Below, one piece after another: positions 13,291 to 25,188 of a stretch of 64,000 nt of DNA. Positions within the stretch are counted from its first letter, which is position 1, and every line of letters begins with the position of its first letter. The translations under genes were made by a program, and so were the position numbers. The stretch is from Epiperipatus broadwayi. Taxonomy: Eukaryota > Animalia > Onychophora. The stretch is taken from contig JAQFVV010000002.1 in assembly GCA_028023455.1 (NCBI GenBank), forward strand, positions 1,674,001 through 1,738,000, given 5' to 3'. The notes under the pieces were generated by a model, which did no database searches, was not told the origin of the DNA, and saw only the letters and a program-made list of their open reading frames with translations.

Positions 13291-13415
13291 ATATTTTTTT
13301 CATATATCATAGCATCGGCCGGGAGGCGAATCCGCAACAATCATCTGCAACCAACTACTTGCTTGCAAGGCGGCTGCACTGACCTCTCGCGACCTCTCGG
13401 CTAACAACACTTGAC
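13291..13415 (-). mobile_element. SINE family A copy 1 (tRNA-Gly(UCC)-derived, A-tailed)
   Basis: The minus strand reads GTGTTGTTAGCCGAGAGGTC[GCGAGAGGTC]AGTGCAGCCGCCTTGCAAGCAAGTAGTTG...GCGGATTCGCCTCCCGGCCGATGC, then tatgatatatg(A)n. Direct repeats tattcttttatat at 13278-13290 and 13416-13428. Confidence 0.85.
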
Positions 13416-13499
13416 TATTCTTTTATATTTTTCAGTCAAATATATATCTGTTATAATATTCATGATCTGATAATTTTAACACATTTATTTTTTCTTCTA

Positions 13500-14250
13500 T
13501 AAACATTAATTTGGTTTCTAAGAGTTCTAATGGGATGGATATCTTCATTGATAAATGATTTTCCACTTTCCATGACATTTTATAGATGCATTTTTAGCTA
13601 TTCAGTATTTTAAGTTTAGAAATTGGAACTGTTAAATTTCTTGTAATATGCATGAGTATGAACATTTGTTTTATTTTTATATTGATTGAATAGTTTCTCT
13701 ACTTTGTTTAATTGGCTTTACTATATCAGTGTTACATTGATTTATGAACACATGATTAAGATCTAGTGTCCGAATATTCTAGCTCTCCACTGATGTGAGC
13801 CATAAGCTCAAAACCAGTTGGTCTGGAGATGGGAAGATTCTGGATAGAGATTTTAATTATTTTCTCATACTGCACTTATCAATTAAGAGCTTGTTTGAGC
13901 TATTGGTATGCTCTCTGTATTACATTTTTGTAAATATAAGCTTATAAAAGTAATGTCACATTATATATGACTTGCTTTTTTGATTACATGATTAAGTCTT
14001 ATTAAAATAATTCAGCAGGCATGTTCTGGATGACTTTATCATCCATAATAACAAAAATAATTTTATGAACATATATTTCTGACTTTGTTATTGATTCAGA
14101 GGTCACAGACTCAAATGCATTTTATGATTAACGTATTTGGGAGAATTCTTCTAGTCTACTTAGTTTCTTGAATGACATTTAAATTATTTATTAACTGAAA
14201 ATGCAACCACATCTTCAAAACATAGATATAATTACTATGAATGTCTTTTA
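13500..14250 (-). mobile_element. Decayed LINE 3' remnant; an 80 bp piece recurs at 27937-28017
   Basis: ggtatgctctctgtattacatttttgtaaatataagcttataaaagtaatgtcaca (13905-13985) is repeated with high similarity at 27937-28017. The region is A/C-rich on the minus strand. Confidence 0.45.
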
Positions 14251-16079
14251 TCATTATGTAATTTCAAAAAAAAAATTTTTTTAATTAAAAATAATGTTAT
14301 TCAGAAGCACAGCGAATTTATCTCAAAAGTAAAAAGTCACAATGCAAAAACTAGTTTACTCAAAGGGGAATTTATTTGTAAAAAAAAATTAGGGTCTCAT
14401 TATAATGTTAATAAATAATTAGAAAACATTGACAAGTGTTGCTACTCACAATCATATAGAGAAGCAATTATACACCAAATTCACATAAATACAAAAGCAT
14501 TTGGTTTGACTTCCTACTCATTACCAATTAAATATTAAGCTAAAAGATAGATTTCAAGCATTTAACTTAACATCGCTCAAACGAAAGATATTATTATTTA
14601 GTAAATCATGTAGTTTCATCTTACTTTTATTGGTGATTAACTAGTTATATCACAGCTTATGTAGTTAATGAACAAAATAATTTTCTTTATGTTTTAATAT
14701 TTACATAAAATAATTAATATAATACTGTAGAATAATAGATACAGTCAGAGAGTGATGTTTTTTATCCATTTTTATTCCCATTGCACTCATATCAAAATGG
14801 TAAGATAACAATATGACTACTAACACCACATGGAATAGATACATTCATTGTTATTAATTAAGATTTTTTAAAAATTTGGAAAAATTGGCTTGATTATTTA
14901 ATTTCAAAAATATATATCATTTATTATAATGCAATATCACTGTTCCACAAGGTGTTAAAACTCATATAAATATGTTTCCCATATCATGGAAAAGCAATAT
15001 GGAAAGGAGTGGGCAGATAATCTTGTTTTCTGCTTAGATATTTTATTATACAATGCTACTATATATATATATTAATTCTTGTCATGGCTTCATAATGGAA
15101 TGATTATGATTTGTAACTGAGTTTAACTTTCTTTGTTTCCTTCAGTCTTGGAAATTTTTTTAGGGAACACTCTAATATTGGTTCTTAAATAGATATCTAA
15201 TTATTTTTCACTAGAAGGCAAAAGAAAGATGTAAAATCACATATCTGACAATTGACAAGGCTAGTTCTTAATGAGAATTTACTGCAAAAATTTTTGCCTT
15301 TATGTTATTATTTATAGAATGTTGGCATTAGATATGTACGTACTTTTTAAAAAAAAAAAATCTGCAAGTGCCTAAATAAAAAACAGTATAACCTAATCAC
15401 TTTTTTTTATTGAAAGTCTAATTTGTGAGATATATATCTTATTTTTAATAATAGCATTTTAACAGTATTTATTACAGTTTGAATGAAATAATGTTTCAAC
15501 ATATTTGACTTTGTTTTTAGTAACGAGCTATAAAATTTATGTTTCTTTTTAAAAAAAAACAACAACTTATTTTTATTACTTAATTCGGTTTAAAATTATT
15601 TCCTTATCTTTCTACTTTTGTTTTAGATTTACGTAACCTTATAATTTTTATAACTATTGCACTTATTTTTATTTATTTATTTAATTAGCAAATATAAGAA
15701 ATTTAATTTATTATGCAAATTTTTAAACTAAGGGTTTTTTTAAAAAAATATTTATTCATATTAACTGCTTATTAAAATGGTTTTGATATTTTTTAAAACT
15801 AAATTATACTATTTATGAACTCTTTTTTAATAATAGTTATTTTGTTTATTTATTTATTTCTATTGTTATATTTATGAATGTATTAATGTGTATTTCTTGG
15901 CATATTAATAATATAATTAGCTCAATTTATGGCTTTTTAAAAAATACTGCATTCCCAATTTGTTTATATAATACTAAACTAATCCAAAATTTAAAATAAT
16001 AATAGTCAAATAATTGGGCTTTGCATTCCTTAAGATGAACTTTAATTGGTTTGTCTGTTATTTGGAAATCATTTTATTT

Positions 16080-16410
16080 ACATTCTCTACCTTTCCAGTC
16101 TGCTTCTTTTCAATTGTTCGCCAGCTAAATAGGAACATATGCCAGGAAAGACCCTTTTATCAGCACAGATATTCAATTGCTATTCCAAGTAATTTCATTT
16201 CTTCTGCTCTTTCAAGGGTCAGAAAATAAACGGACGTTGAGATTCAGCAGCACGAAGCCGACTTCATCTGAGGAATCAACAACCAGTTGGAATAGATAAG
16301 TATGGAATAAATTAATCTGGAATTATTACCATGATGGTTGCGATCATTACACAAAGTAAGAAGTTTCCATTCTATGCCACAGGATTATCTTTGCCATAAG
16401 GACTGTAAGT
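16080..16410 (+). promoter_or_regulatory. Candidate promoter / 5' exon region of the cholinergic locus
   Basis: Local cluster of CpGs (ttcgcc, aacggacgtt, cacgaagccgac, ttgcgatc) in a CpG-poor window. accATG at 16331. Consensus donors AAA|GTAAGA (16356) and ACT|GTAAGT (16405), about 260-310 bp upstream of the VAChT ATG. Confidence 0.45.
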
Positions 16411-16664
16411 TTTACCATTAATCCTCTGGATTGAATACAGCATCACATTAACTGGATGATTGTATTTATAAGTTTTGCTACTATTGGAACTGTGTTTTAT
16501 TCTACTTTTAAATCAAGGATAAAATACTAATTCATTAATCAATAAGTGGATTATTTAAAGTTTTAAATTAACTGCTCAAATTTACTACTTATTAAGAAAT
16601 TTATTTTGTATGAGTGAATAAAATTTAAATATATAATTGTTTTGTTTTAAAATAATAATTGAAA

Positions 16665-18317
16665 ATGCCGGTGATTCCTCTAATCAATTTGGACATGGCT
16701 CAAGTGGCCAAAGTAGTTAATGAAAAAATAGAAGAACCAAAAGCCCAAAGAAAATTAATTTTATTTATTGTATGTGTGGCCTTATTATTAGATAATATGC
16801 TCTATATGGTTATTGTACCAATTATTCCTGCTTATTTACGAACTATTGGAGCTTGGGAAGAGCGTTTATCCACATCACCCAATGGCTTTAATATAAGTCA
16901 AAATAGTTCTGATGTATATTCCACAATTGCTTCAAAAGTTCATAAAAGATCTGATGATGAAAATGTTGAAATTGGATTTCTTTTTGCATCCAAAGCAATA
17001 ATTCAGTTATTTGTCAATCCATTCAGTGGTGCTTTTATTGATAAAATCGGTTATGAAAAGCCAATGATGATAGGTCTCTGCATTATGTTTTTATCTACTT
17101 CTGTATTTGCCTTTGGAAGAAGTTATCCTATTTTATTTATTGCTCGAAGCTTACAAGGAGTGGGTTCAGCTTTTGCTGATACTGCTGGTCTTGCTATGAT
17201 TGCAGATCGCTTTAATGAAGAAAATGAACGCAGTAAAGCTTTAGGTATTGCACTTGCCTTTATTTCCTTTGGCTGCTTAGTAGCTCCACCTTTTGGAGGT
17301 ATATTATACCAGTATGCAGGGAAAACTGTTCCATTTTTAATTTTATCCACTATATCACTAATTGATGGATTGCTTTTATTACTTGTAACTAAACGGGCTG
17401 TTAAAATGGAAGTTGATAATTCAGGTAAAAAACTTGAAAAAGAAAAGCAGCAAGGGACCCCTATTTATCGTTTATTAATGGATCCATTTATTGCAGTAAC
17501 AGCTGGTGCTTTAACAATGTCAAATGTTTCTCTAGCATTTTTAGAACCTACTATTGGTTTGTGGATGAAAGATACAATGAATGCAACCGCTACAGATGTT
17601 GGGATTATTTGGTTGCCTGCATTTTTGCCTCATGTTTTTGGTGTTTATTTAACAGTTAAATTAGCTCAAAAATATGCTAAATACCAATGGCTAATGGCAG
17701 CTATTGGATTAGCTGTTGAAGGAGTGTTTACTTGTATTGTTCCTTTTGCAACTTCATTTTGGGTGCTGATAATACCACTTTGTGGAATATGTTTTGGAAT
17801 AGCTCTTGTGGATACAGCATTATTGCCAACACTTGGCTATCTTGTTGATATAAGACATGTATCTGTGTATGGCAGTGTTTATGCTATTGCTGATATATCA
17901 TATTCTTTGGCATATGCAATTGGGCCTATTCTTGCTGGTGAAATTGTTCATGCTATTGGATTTATTGCATTGAATTTTATAATAGCCCTTAGTAATCTTC
18001 TTTATGCTCCTGGATTGGCTGCACTTAGAGTTATTTATAAGTACAAACCTTTTGAAAATGAAATGAATTTAATTCTTGATGATCCTCCAACTAAAACTTA
18101 TCGTACTTATATGATGCATAGCCCTACAGAAACAACTCCCCATGAAGTCGAAAAAGACAAAAAGAATCACTTAGACTTTTCTCAAAAGTCAGGAAATGAG
18201 AAACAGGATAAGGAGAGGTCTGATAAAACTCATAGAATTCAAAGTGTTAATCCTTTGTATGAAAATATGAGAGGAAGAGATACTGACAATATCTTAGGCA
18301 GCAGTGATTCAGAATAA
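16665..18317 (+). CDS. SLC18A3: Vesicular acetylcholine transporter (SLC18 family MFS), single coding exon, 550 aa from ATG 16665
   Basis: Uninterrupted ORF (the track starts at TTG 16659; ATG CCG GTG at 16665 is the likely start). Motifs LLLDNMLYMVIVPIIP, LFASKA, AFADTAGLAMIADRF, AFLEPT, LVDTALLPTLGYLVD and VSVYGSVYAIADISYS are present. ADISYS is VAChT-type (VMATs have ADVAFC). An acidic/dileucine-like ENEMNLIL lies in the C-tail. Confidence 0.97.
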   Translation: MPVIPLINLDMAQVAKVVNEKIEEPKAQRKLILFIVCVALLLDNMLYMVIVPIIPAYLRTIGAWEERLSTSPNGFNISQNSSDVYSTIASKVHKRSDDENVEIGFLFASKAIIQLFVNPFSGAFIDKIGYEKPMMIGLCIMFLSTSVFAFGRSYPILFIARSLQGVGSAFADTAGLAMIADRFNEENERSKALGIALAFISFGCLVAPPFGGILYQYAGKTVPFLILSTISLIDGLLLLLVTKRAVKMEVDNSGKKLEKEKQQGTPIYRLLMDPFIAVTAGALTMSNVSLAFLEPTIGLWMKDTMNATATDVGIIWLPAFLPHVFGVYLTVKLAQKYAKYQWLMAAIGLAVEGVFTCIVPFATSFWVLIIPLCGICFGIALVDTALLPTLGYLVDIRHVSVYGSVYAIADISYSLAYAIGPILAGEIVHAIGFIALNFIIALSNLLYAPGLAALRVIYKYKPFENEMNLILDDPPTKTYRTYMMHSPTETTPHEVEKDKKNHLDFSQKSGNEKQDKERSDKTHRIQSVNPLYENMRGRDTDNILGSSDSE

Positions 18318-19974
18318 TATTAAGCATTAAAAATAGTTGAAATGTATTAATTAATGATGTGTGACATTAAAAAAAATATTTTTCTTTGTAAATTTAATTT
18401 CAGTGTAGATCAAAAAGTGACGACGTTAGTAAAAGCTTATTATTATATTATTTGCTATAGCAAATGTTTTCTGTAGCAGAACTCATCAAAATTTAGAGTT
18501 TAATTTCAGCTATAAGGAGCTGATAAAACGATTGATGGTGTTGTTATTGTTAAAATGATTTAAGTTAGTAAAATGTAATTTATTTCAGAAAAACGAAATA
18601 ATAAAAATAAATTTTGAAAATTTTAGTGAAATGTAATATAATTTATTTCAAATTTAATTAAGAGTTTTAATTTAATTATTATGTTTCTTTTACAGTTATT
18701 TATTAGTGATATTTTTTGCAATCTTTTTAGATCTGTAATAAAATTTGAAATATAAAACATGTATAAAAATACATGAATTAAAATCTTCAGTTTTTGCTAA
18801 TACTACATCAGGCATACATTCAGTTCAAGATTTTTTTTTTTTACTTTCATTTGTTATCAATTTTAATCCCTCTTCTATACTTTTTTATTATGCATAAATG
18901 GTTAACTATAAATGTAAATTTGTTCATATATTTTTGTACATGTGTGTCATTAAAATCGTAGTCTTCTGATGTAATAATAAATATGAAATGACAACAACTA
19001 AATTATATTGATATCTTTTTCTTAACTATTTTGTATAATTTTAAATTTAATTTATGTTTCTTTCTTTGATTACCTTTTTTTAAATTCTCATTCATTTTTC
19101 ATACTTTCTCTATGCATATATATTTAGATTAATGAATTGCTAAGGTCATATTTTTATTTTATTTTTCTTTATCTATATATATTCCTCTCTTCCACTTTTA
19201 ATTACTTGTCAATATTCATTTTATTTTTCTTTCTCTTTTTCCTCTATCTCTCTCTCCTTCTCTTTCTATACATACACTAAATATTCTCTTGGACATACAG
19301 ATCTAAACGACAAAAAATTTTTTTTTTCATGTAACAATTTAAATTATTTCTCCAGCTCTAATGTAACCAAGTAACTACTAATTAAAACTTGACATGTAAA
19401 CTGAAATCACGTGATTTAACAAATATCAATGAAACTTATCTAAATTTAAAACAGGTCAGAAAAAATTATTTTTACTTATTATATCATATGGCTTCATTTT
19501 CTTCTAGGTGAAAATTTATCTAAATTATTACAAAGAAATAACCGATTTATAACATATATATATATTAATTAATCCAATTAGGTCAAGAAACAGCAAACTA
19601 CACAAAGTACGATTTTGTTTAAACCCACTTCCCTTATTCATAAAATACAAATTTTTGAATGACTGTGGATATATCTGAACATTTATTTTAGTAATAGAAC
19701 ATGTGTACATTCTAAGGAAAATAAAAATTCTCTTACAAATAAATAAATAAAAACAAAAAAATACTTTAACAGTTTGATTTATTCAGAAATTTTTAATATT
19801 TAAATATTCATCATATACAATAATAACTATTCTATAATAATGCTGAGTTAAAGAAACAAAGTTGTAACCGCATTTTTCCTCTCCTAGAGTTATCTCAGTA
19901 TTTATTTACAAATTACATGAGGAAATAAAATTGTGATTCTATTTATTACGATAAAAAGAACCACAAATTGGGAT

Positions 19975-20019
19975 CAAAGAGCCATGTTTGGCTTACGAAC
20001 CATATTTTGCCGACCCCTG
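19975..20019. mobile_element. Solo hAT (Charlie-like) terminal fragment
   Basis: gagccatgtttggcttacgaaccatattttgccgacccctg. The reverse complement starts CAGGGGTCGGCAAA, typical of hAT MITE ends. No partner end was found. Confidence 0.5.
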
Positions 20020-20161
20020 AGTTAGGTTAATGTATTCTCAGGCCTATTTTTAATCATTTTAAGCTTTGTCACAAGATGTAATATTTAAATAGTTTTTAAT
20101 TCTATATATATTTACAAACAATAAATAGAATATTTTAAAATAGTGGATACTCTTTATACAC

Positions 20162-20392
20162 ATATACAAATATTAAATCACCTCACGTGGTTAAGAAATC
20201 CAGTACCGCCCTCTGTGAACTAATAATATATAAATACATTAGAGTTTGTATTTCAAAATAGCCAACTCATTGTATTTATACATTAGTTCACAGAGGGCGG
20301 TATTGGATTTCTTAACCATGTGGGGTGATTTAATATTTGTATATTTTTTCAATATAGCGTTATGCACTGGGATTATTTTTATACATATGTAT
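20162..20392. mobile_element. Long-hairpin element with 3' extension, copy 1
   Basis: About 80 bp inverted arms (20162-20245 and 20264-20344) plus an extension of about 50 bp shared with the 54.9 kb copy. Confidence 0.85.
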
Positions 20393-20642
20393 ACAATAAT
20401 CAAAAATGGAAATTAATGAAATCCATTATGCTATTGTTTTATGTAAAATATAACGAATAATAAAAATCATATATCACAGTTGTATATATATTAATAATAA
20501 TTATACAGTATATGAAAAGCCTTTTTCAGCACATGGTTTTATGCCCTCAAAAAAAAAAAAAACCCAAAACTATGTGCCTCAAAAGGCTTTTATGTATAAT
20601 TGTTATTATTACATATATATATAACTGTTGTATACGATTTTT

Positions 20643-20753
20643 TTTTCCATATGTCATAGCATTGGCCAGGAGGCGAACCCGCAACAACCATCTGCAATCA
20701 ACTGTTTGTTTGCAAGGCAGCTGTGCTGACCTCTCGGCTAACAACACTTGACA
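20643..20753 (-). mobile_element. SINE family A copy 2
   Basis: tRNA-like body 20659-20747, clearly homologous to copy 1. A-tail. TSD atacgattttt at 20632 and 20754. Confidence 0.87.
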
Positions 20754-20792
20754 ATACGATTTTTATTATTCATTATAATACATATATATAAT

Positions 20793-20930
20793 ATATTTGA
20801 AATGCTCCATAGCTTTATTTTTTTAGCCACATACCACTTTTCCTTTTCAATGGGTTGCAGAAGTCAAGCTTTTCTTTATTTAAAGGGGGTGTGTGGCTGA
20901 AACAATATAGCTATGAGGCATTCCAAATAT
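20793..20930. mobile_element. MITE-like element with about 42 bp imperfect TIRs
   Basis: atatttgaaatgctccatagctttattttttagccacatacc versus ggtgtgtggctgaaacaatatagctatgaggcattccaaatat. Confidence 0.6.
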
Positions 20931-23645
20931 TTTATCTAGATTTCAGCTAGCACTATGCATTGTTTATATATATATGTATAATATTTTTGAGATATACAAT
21001 TTTATCTTTACTGCATTATCATTTGCTAAAGCTGGAGGGCAATTCATTTATATTTAAATTAAGCAGTTGTAATGAGTTATTCGTAAAAATATTATATATA
21101 AATATTTAGCACTATAAATTATATATATATAACGATTGATTGGTACTTACATATTATGCCTGCTGTGTCTTTTTACATCTGTATCAATCTGCAGATAACT
21201 TTATAATCTTGCAATGTCATCAAATAACATGTATGCTGGAACAAAACAGATCACGTGTACACATTATTTCATGACATTTTTGTAAGATTTGGAAAGTTAT
21301 TGGCAGACTGATATGTATGTGAAAAGGTATAACAACTGTAATACATTAGCACTAATCATACCAGATTAAATCTGAAAAAGTACATTTTTAACAATATGAC
21401 AAATATAAATTTGTATACGAAAATAATAAAAGCACTTTATGATACTAAATAAAAGCAGGTAGTTGTGAGTTTTTAAAATCACTTTGTGCCATCAAAGCCA
21501 TGCATTACCCCATCCTCTGCACAAGATATGGCATTCTGTCATTCAATCACAGCCAGCACTTCATAAATTTTATTCAAAATTAAAAAAATACTATGTACTT
21601 TAACAATGGCATGAAATTACAAAATGGGCACTAAAGCAAAATTACCAAAAAATAATACTAAATAAGTAAAATGAAATTTAAAAACCCACATCTATTGTAT
21701 TAGCTTACATCAGTATATTAACTAAAAAAGTAATAAGTATATTAACTACAATATGGACAGTAAAGCAAATGAAAATTTTAAAAAATACTACATATATTAA
21801 CTATGGCAGAAAAGTAAAAAATGGACAGATAAAAAACAAACCTAACTCGAGATCAGATTTTTAAAAAAATGAAGAGTTAATTGCATGTATTTATATGATA
21901 TAATAGCTGCATGGGATCTTGATGGAGAAATGTCTAATTATGTTCATTTTGTTAAAAAAAAATTAGTAAACTTTTATCAAAATGTAAAAAAAAAGTATTA
22001 AACTTTTATTAAAATGAGGTACACTGATTTTTTAAATATAGTCCAGAATGCAAATGAAAGTGCCATCTTTTTTGTGCAGCTGACAGATAATAGTTTTTTA
22101 GTTTTATATGCTTTCCAGTGGGGGGTGGGTGTTGTAAAGTTTTATTAAAACAGAATCAGTGAGATGGCCTTATAAAATTCTTTTTCTTTTAAAATTTTTT
22201 TTATATAAAAAAAATTTTTTTTTTTTTTAAAAAAAATTGGGAAATTTTGGGATGTTTTTGTTGGGATCATGCTGTACCCTGTGGGGGGGGGATTGATAGC
22301 ATACAGTGCCATAAGAACTTACAATTACTTGTTTTATTTAGTATCATAATGTGTTTTTATTATTTTTGTGTATAAATTTATTACTTAAGTTTGTCAGAAG
22401 TTCTGATGTTAACATTATTTCATGAGATTGCAGGGTTTATTTGATGAGATTACAAGGTTAGAAATTTATGGGCAGAATGACATGGATGTAAAATGGTGTA
22501 ACAGGTCTAATACATAATATTGATTAATTTTTAAAAAAATCAATCTATGAAATAGTGAATATCTAGATTTTAACAATACCATTGTACAATTTTACTATCA
22601 TAATTAATATATTTAATAGTATCCTATCCTTTAATAAGATTTAATAAATAATATTAATTTCTAGTAATAATTCATTCCCCATTGTTATAAAGTCATAGAT
22701 GGCTGTAAAAAGTAATTTACTCCCAACTAAAGTATGCTTTTTGAATTGCTTTATACAGCTAATTTGGCAATTAATTTTTGTTTTTTATTTTAGATATAAA
22801 GCACTTATTATTCTTTAAGTTTTTAGATTTTTTAAAAATTTCTCAAAAAGAAAATTGTAAAAAATGAAAGTGATCTTACAAATAATATGATAACTTTGAA
22901 AATAAAGAAAATGCGAAATAAGCAGAAATAAATAATCATATCAAACATTTTATTTTTAGGCTTCTGTTTAACATAATAAATTTTGACAAAAAAAAACACA
23001 TTTCTTTTAAAACAAATTCCTATGAGTAATATAAATTCCGATAAATAATACATTTAAAGTAATAAAATTTTTCTTTGAAAATTAAATTTAATTTATAATA
23101 AAAAACTGCAAAATATATTAGCAATGTTTTTTATAGTGGGCATTTCTAGTTTGATAGAAGGCACCCATAGACATTTTTTGTTTGTCTTTAGTAAAGTTTC
23201 AGTAGACTAATTTTCTACTAAAAAAAGAAAAGATACTTATGTATGAGACTTGATGCCAGTGTTTGCAATGGCAAAATGCAGTACATTTCTCCAGGGGGTA
23301 CAAAGACAAAATGACATATTCTTTAACAATACAAAAAATTATAAAATTTGTACACAAAAATAATAAATGCATTACAATAATAAATAAAAAGAGATAATTG
23401 TGATTTTTTTATTTGGCATTCTGCCTTAGCAAAGCATTATATGCTGTGACATGTCGGGTAGCAGGTCTAATATGCAAGTATCAAAAAAAAAACCTATTTA
23501 AATAAAAGATCAACATAAACAACAAATACTTAATAAAAAATAAATGTTTAATTTTAAAATAATACAAATAAAAAAAGAATCAAGTTATATTTCAAATAAT
23601 CAAAATAAGAATCATAAATCACATGATCCTATTCTCTTAAGCTTG

Positions 23646-23843
23646 TAAGTTATAAACAATGAGGATTGTCAATTTCTCAACAAGCTTTGTAATAAATGCT
23701 TAGCCAGTGAAAGCATTTAAGATATCTCTGTCAGGAACCCCCCCCAAACCCCTGACCATGGTTTCGTGCTTTGGCACTCCTCAGAGAGGTGCCAGGGTAG
23801 GTTCAGACAAGAGGAATTGGCAATCCTCATTGTTTATAAGTTA
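23646..23843. mobile_element. MITE-like element with 33 bp TIRs
   Basis: taagttataaacaatgaggattgtcaatttctc and gaggaattggcaatcctcattgtttataagtta (3 mismatches). Internal hairpin tggcac..gtgcca. Confidence 0.7.
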
Positions 23844-25068
23844 TATTTAAATTTCAAAAAAGCTGAAATTACACAAATGCCTTCTCATAAAAAACAAAAC
23901 AATCATTCAATTTGAATCATCTTTTCTGTCAATTTGATCTGACTTTTTAATGATAAATAGTATTAAATATATAATTTAGTCAGAACTAAAATCATCAAAT
24001 ACATTTTAGTTCAGGTTTAGCCATCAAATTGAACTAAGCTTCCAAAACAAATGCAGCAAATAGCTATGAATGAATCACTTTGAAGTTAGTGCAATGATTT
24101 TGTCAGAGTATGTCATAACCAAAGTTAATATGGTAAAAAGTATTTTTTTTAAAAAATGTGTATTTAAACTTTATTCTTACAATAAATTTATGCAGAAACA
24201 TGCTTGGAAGAACATTTTTAGCAAAAAATTAATCCCAACAATTATTAGATATCATTATCATTAATGTAGGCTTCATAATTTTGATATCCTGTAATTTATA
24301 TGTAAACATTGAATTTAACATAAAATAAAATGTTTTTTATTTTATAAATTCTGAGTTCAAAACAATTCAAACTTTTGTTTTTCAAATATTAATTTAATCC
24401 GTTACTTTTGCCAAAAATTGATGCAGCTTTGTTAAAAGCATTTGAAAAACTTAAATTGTTATTTAATTGCTTTCTAAATAAAAGTTATTGAATACAGATA
24501 TTGATAAAGTTTTACTTATGGATTTTTGATTTGTCTTCAGTTTTTTAATTACTTTGATTGTATTAATTACATGAGAATTATTTTTATACTGAATAGTTTT
24601 TGTGTTAATGCTTAGGTCTAACTTTTAAAATCAGTAATACAAAATGGCCAATAAAATAGATCATTGTTTTCTGAATGGTACTGTTTTCAAAGACAATAAA
24701 ATGCTAATAATCATCAATATGGTGTTTGCGAGTGGAATAGAGAATGGACTTTATTTTTTGTTTTACTATTATAAACCAGAATAAATCTTACAAATATAAT
24801 CTCTTATTGTTTCAAAATATTAATCATAAAATTTTTCAGATAAAAATTTTTCATACCAAAAACTTTGAATCATTATGTGGTATGAAAAAAAAAATATGTT
24901 AAAAATATTGATAAATACATAAGTTTATCTTGTAAATTATTAGAAAGAAAAATTACATTCTATGGCTTTTGTAAAAACAAAATTAGTATAATTATAATAA
25001 CAATACTTAAATAAAACGATTGTGGATATATATATATTTAATAAATAATACTCCAAAAATATACTATC

Positions 25069-25188
25069 ATTGTCAAGCATCGGTAGCTGAGATGTCAGCA
25101 CAGCTGCCTTGCAAGCAAGCAGTTGCTTACAGATGGTTGGCATGGGTTCACTTTCCGGCTGATGCTTTGACATATGAAAAAATATATG
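25069..25188 (+). mobile_element. SINE family A copy 3
   Basis: GCATCGG...CTGATGC acceptor stem (25077-25165), D arm GCTG/CAGC, CAGCTGCCTTGCAAGCAAGCAGTTG, then tgacatatgaaaaaa. TSD tatactatc at 25060 and 25189. Confidence 0.85.

Noticed and set aside
17123-17350. Antisense 75-aa ORF within VAChT
   Set aside because: It is a shadow ORF of the coding strand, with no independent support.
21288-21331. Peptide LESYWQTDMYVK resembling ChAT SEYWLNDMYL
   Set aside because: The frame has a stop just upstream, the available acceptor gives no preceding Trp, and the expected LP.NS.P continuation was not found. Probably chance, but worth a tblastn look.
25077-25165. Family A copies as functional tRNA-Ala(UGC) genes
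   Set aside because: Gly-type body, insertions in the anticodon and variable loops, T-loop A58 lost, A-tails and TSDs instead of oligo-T terminators.
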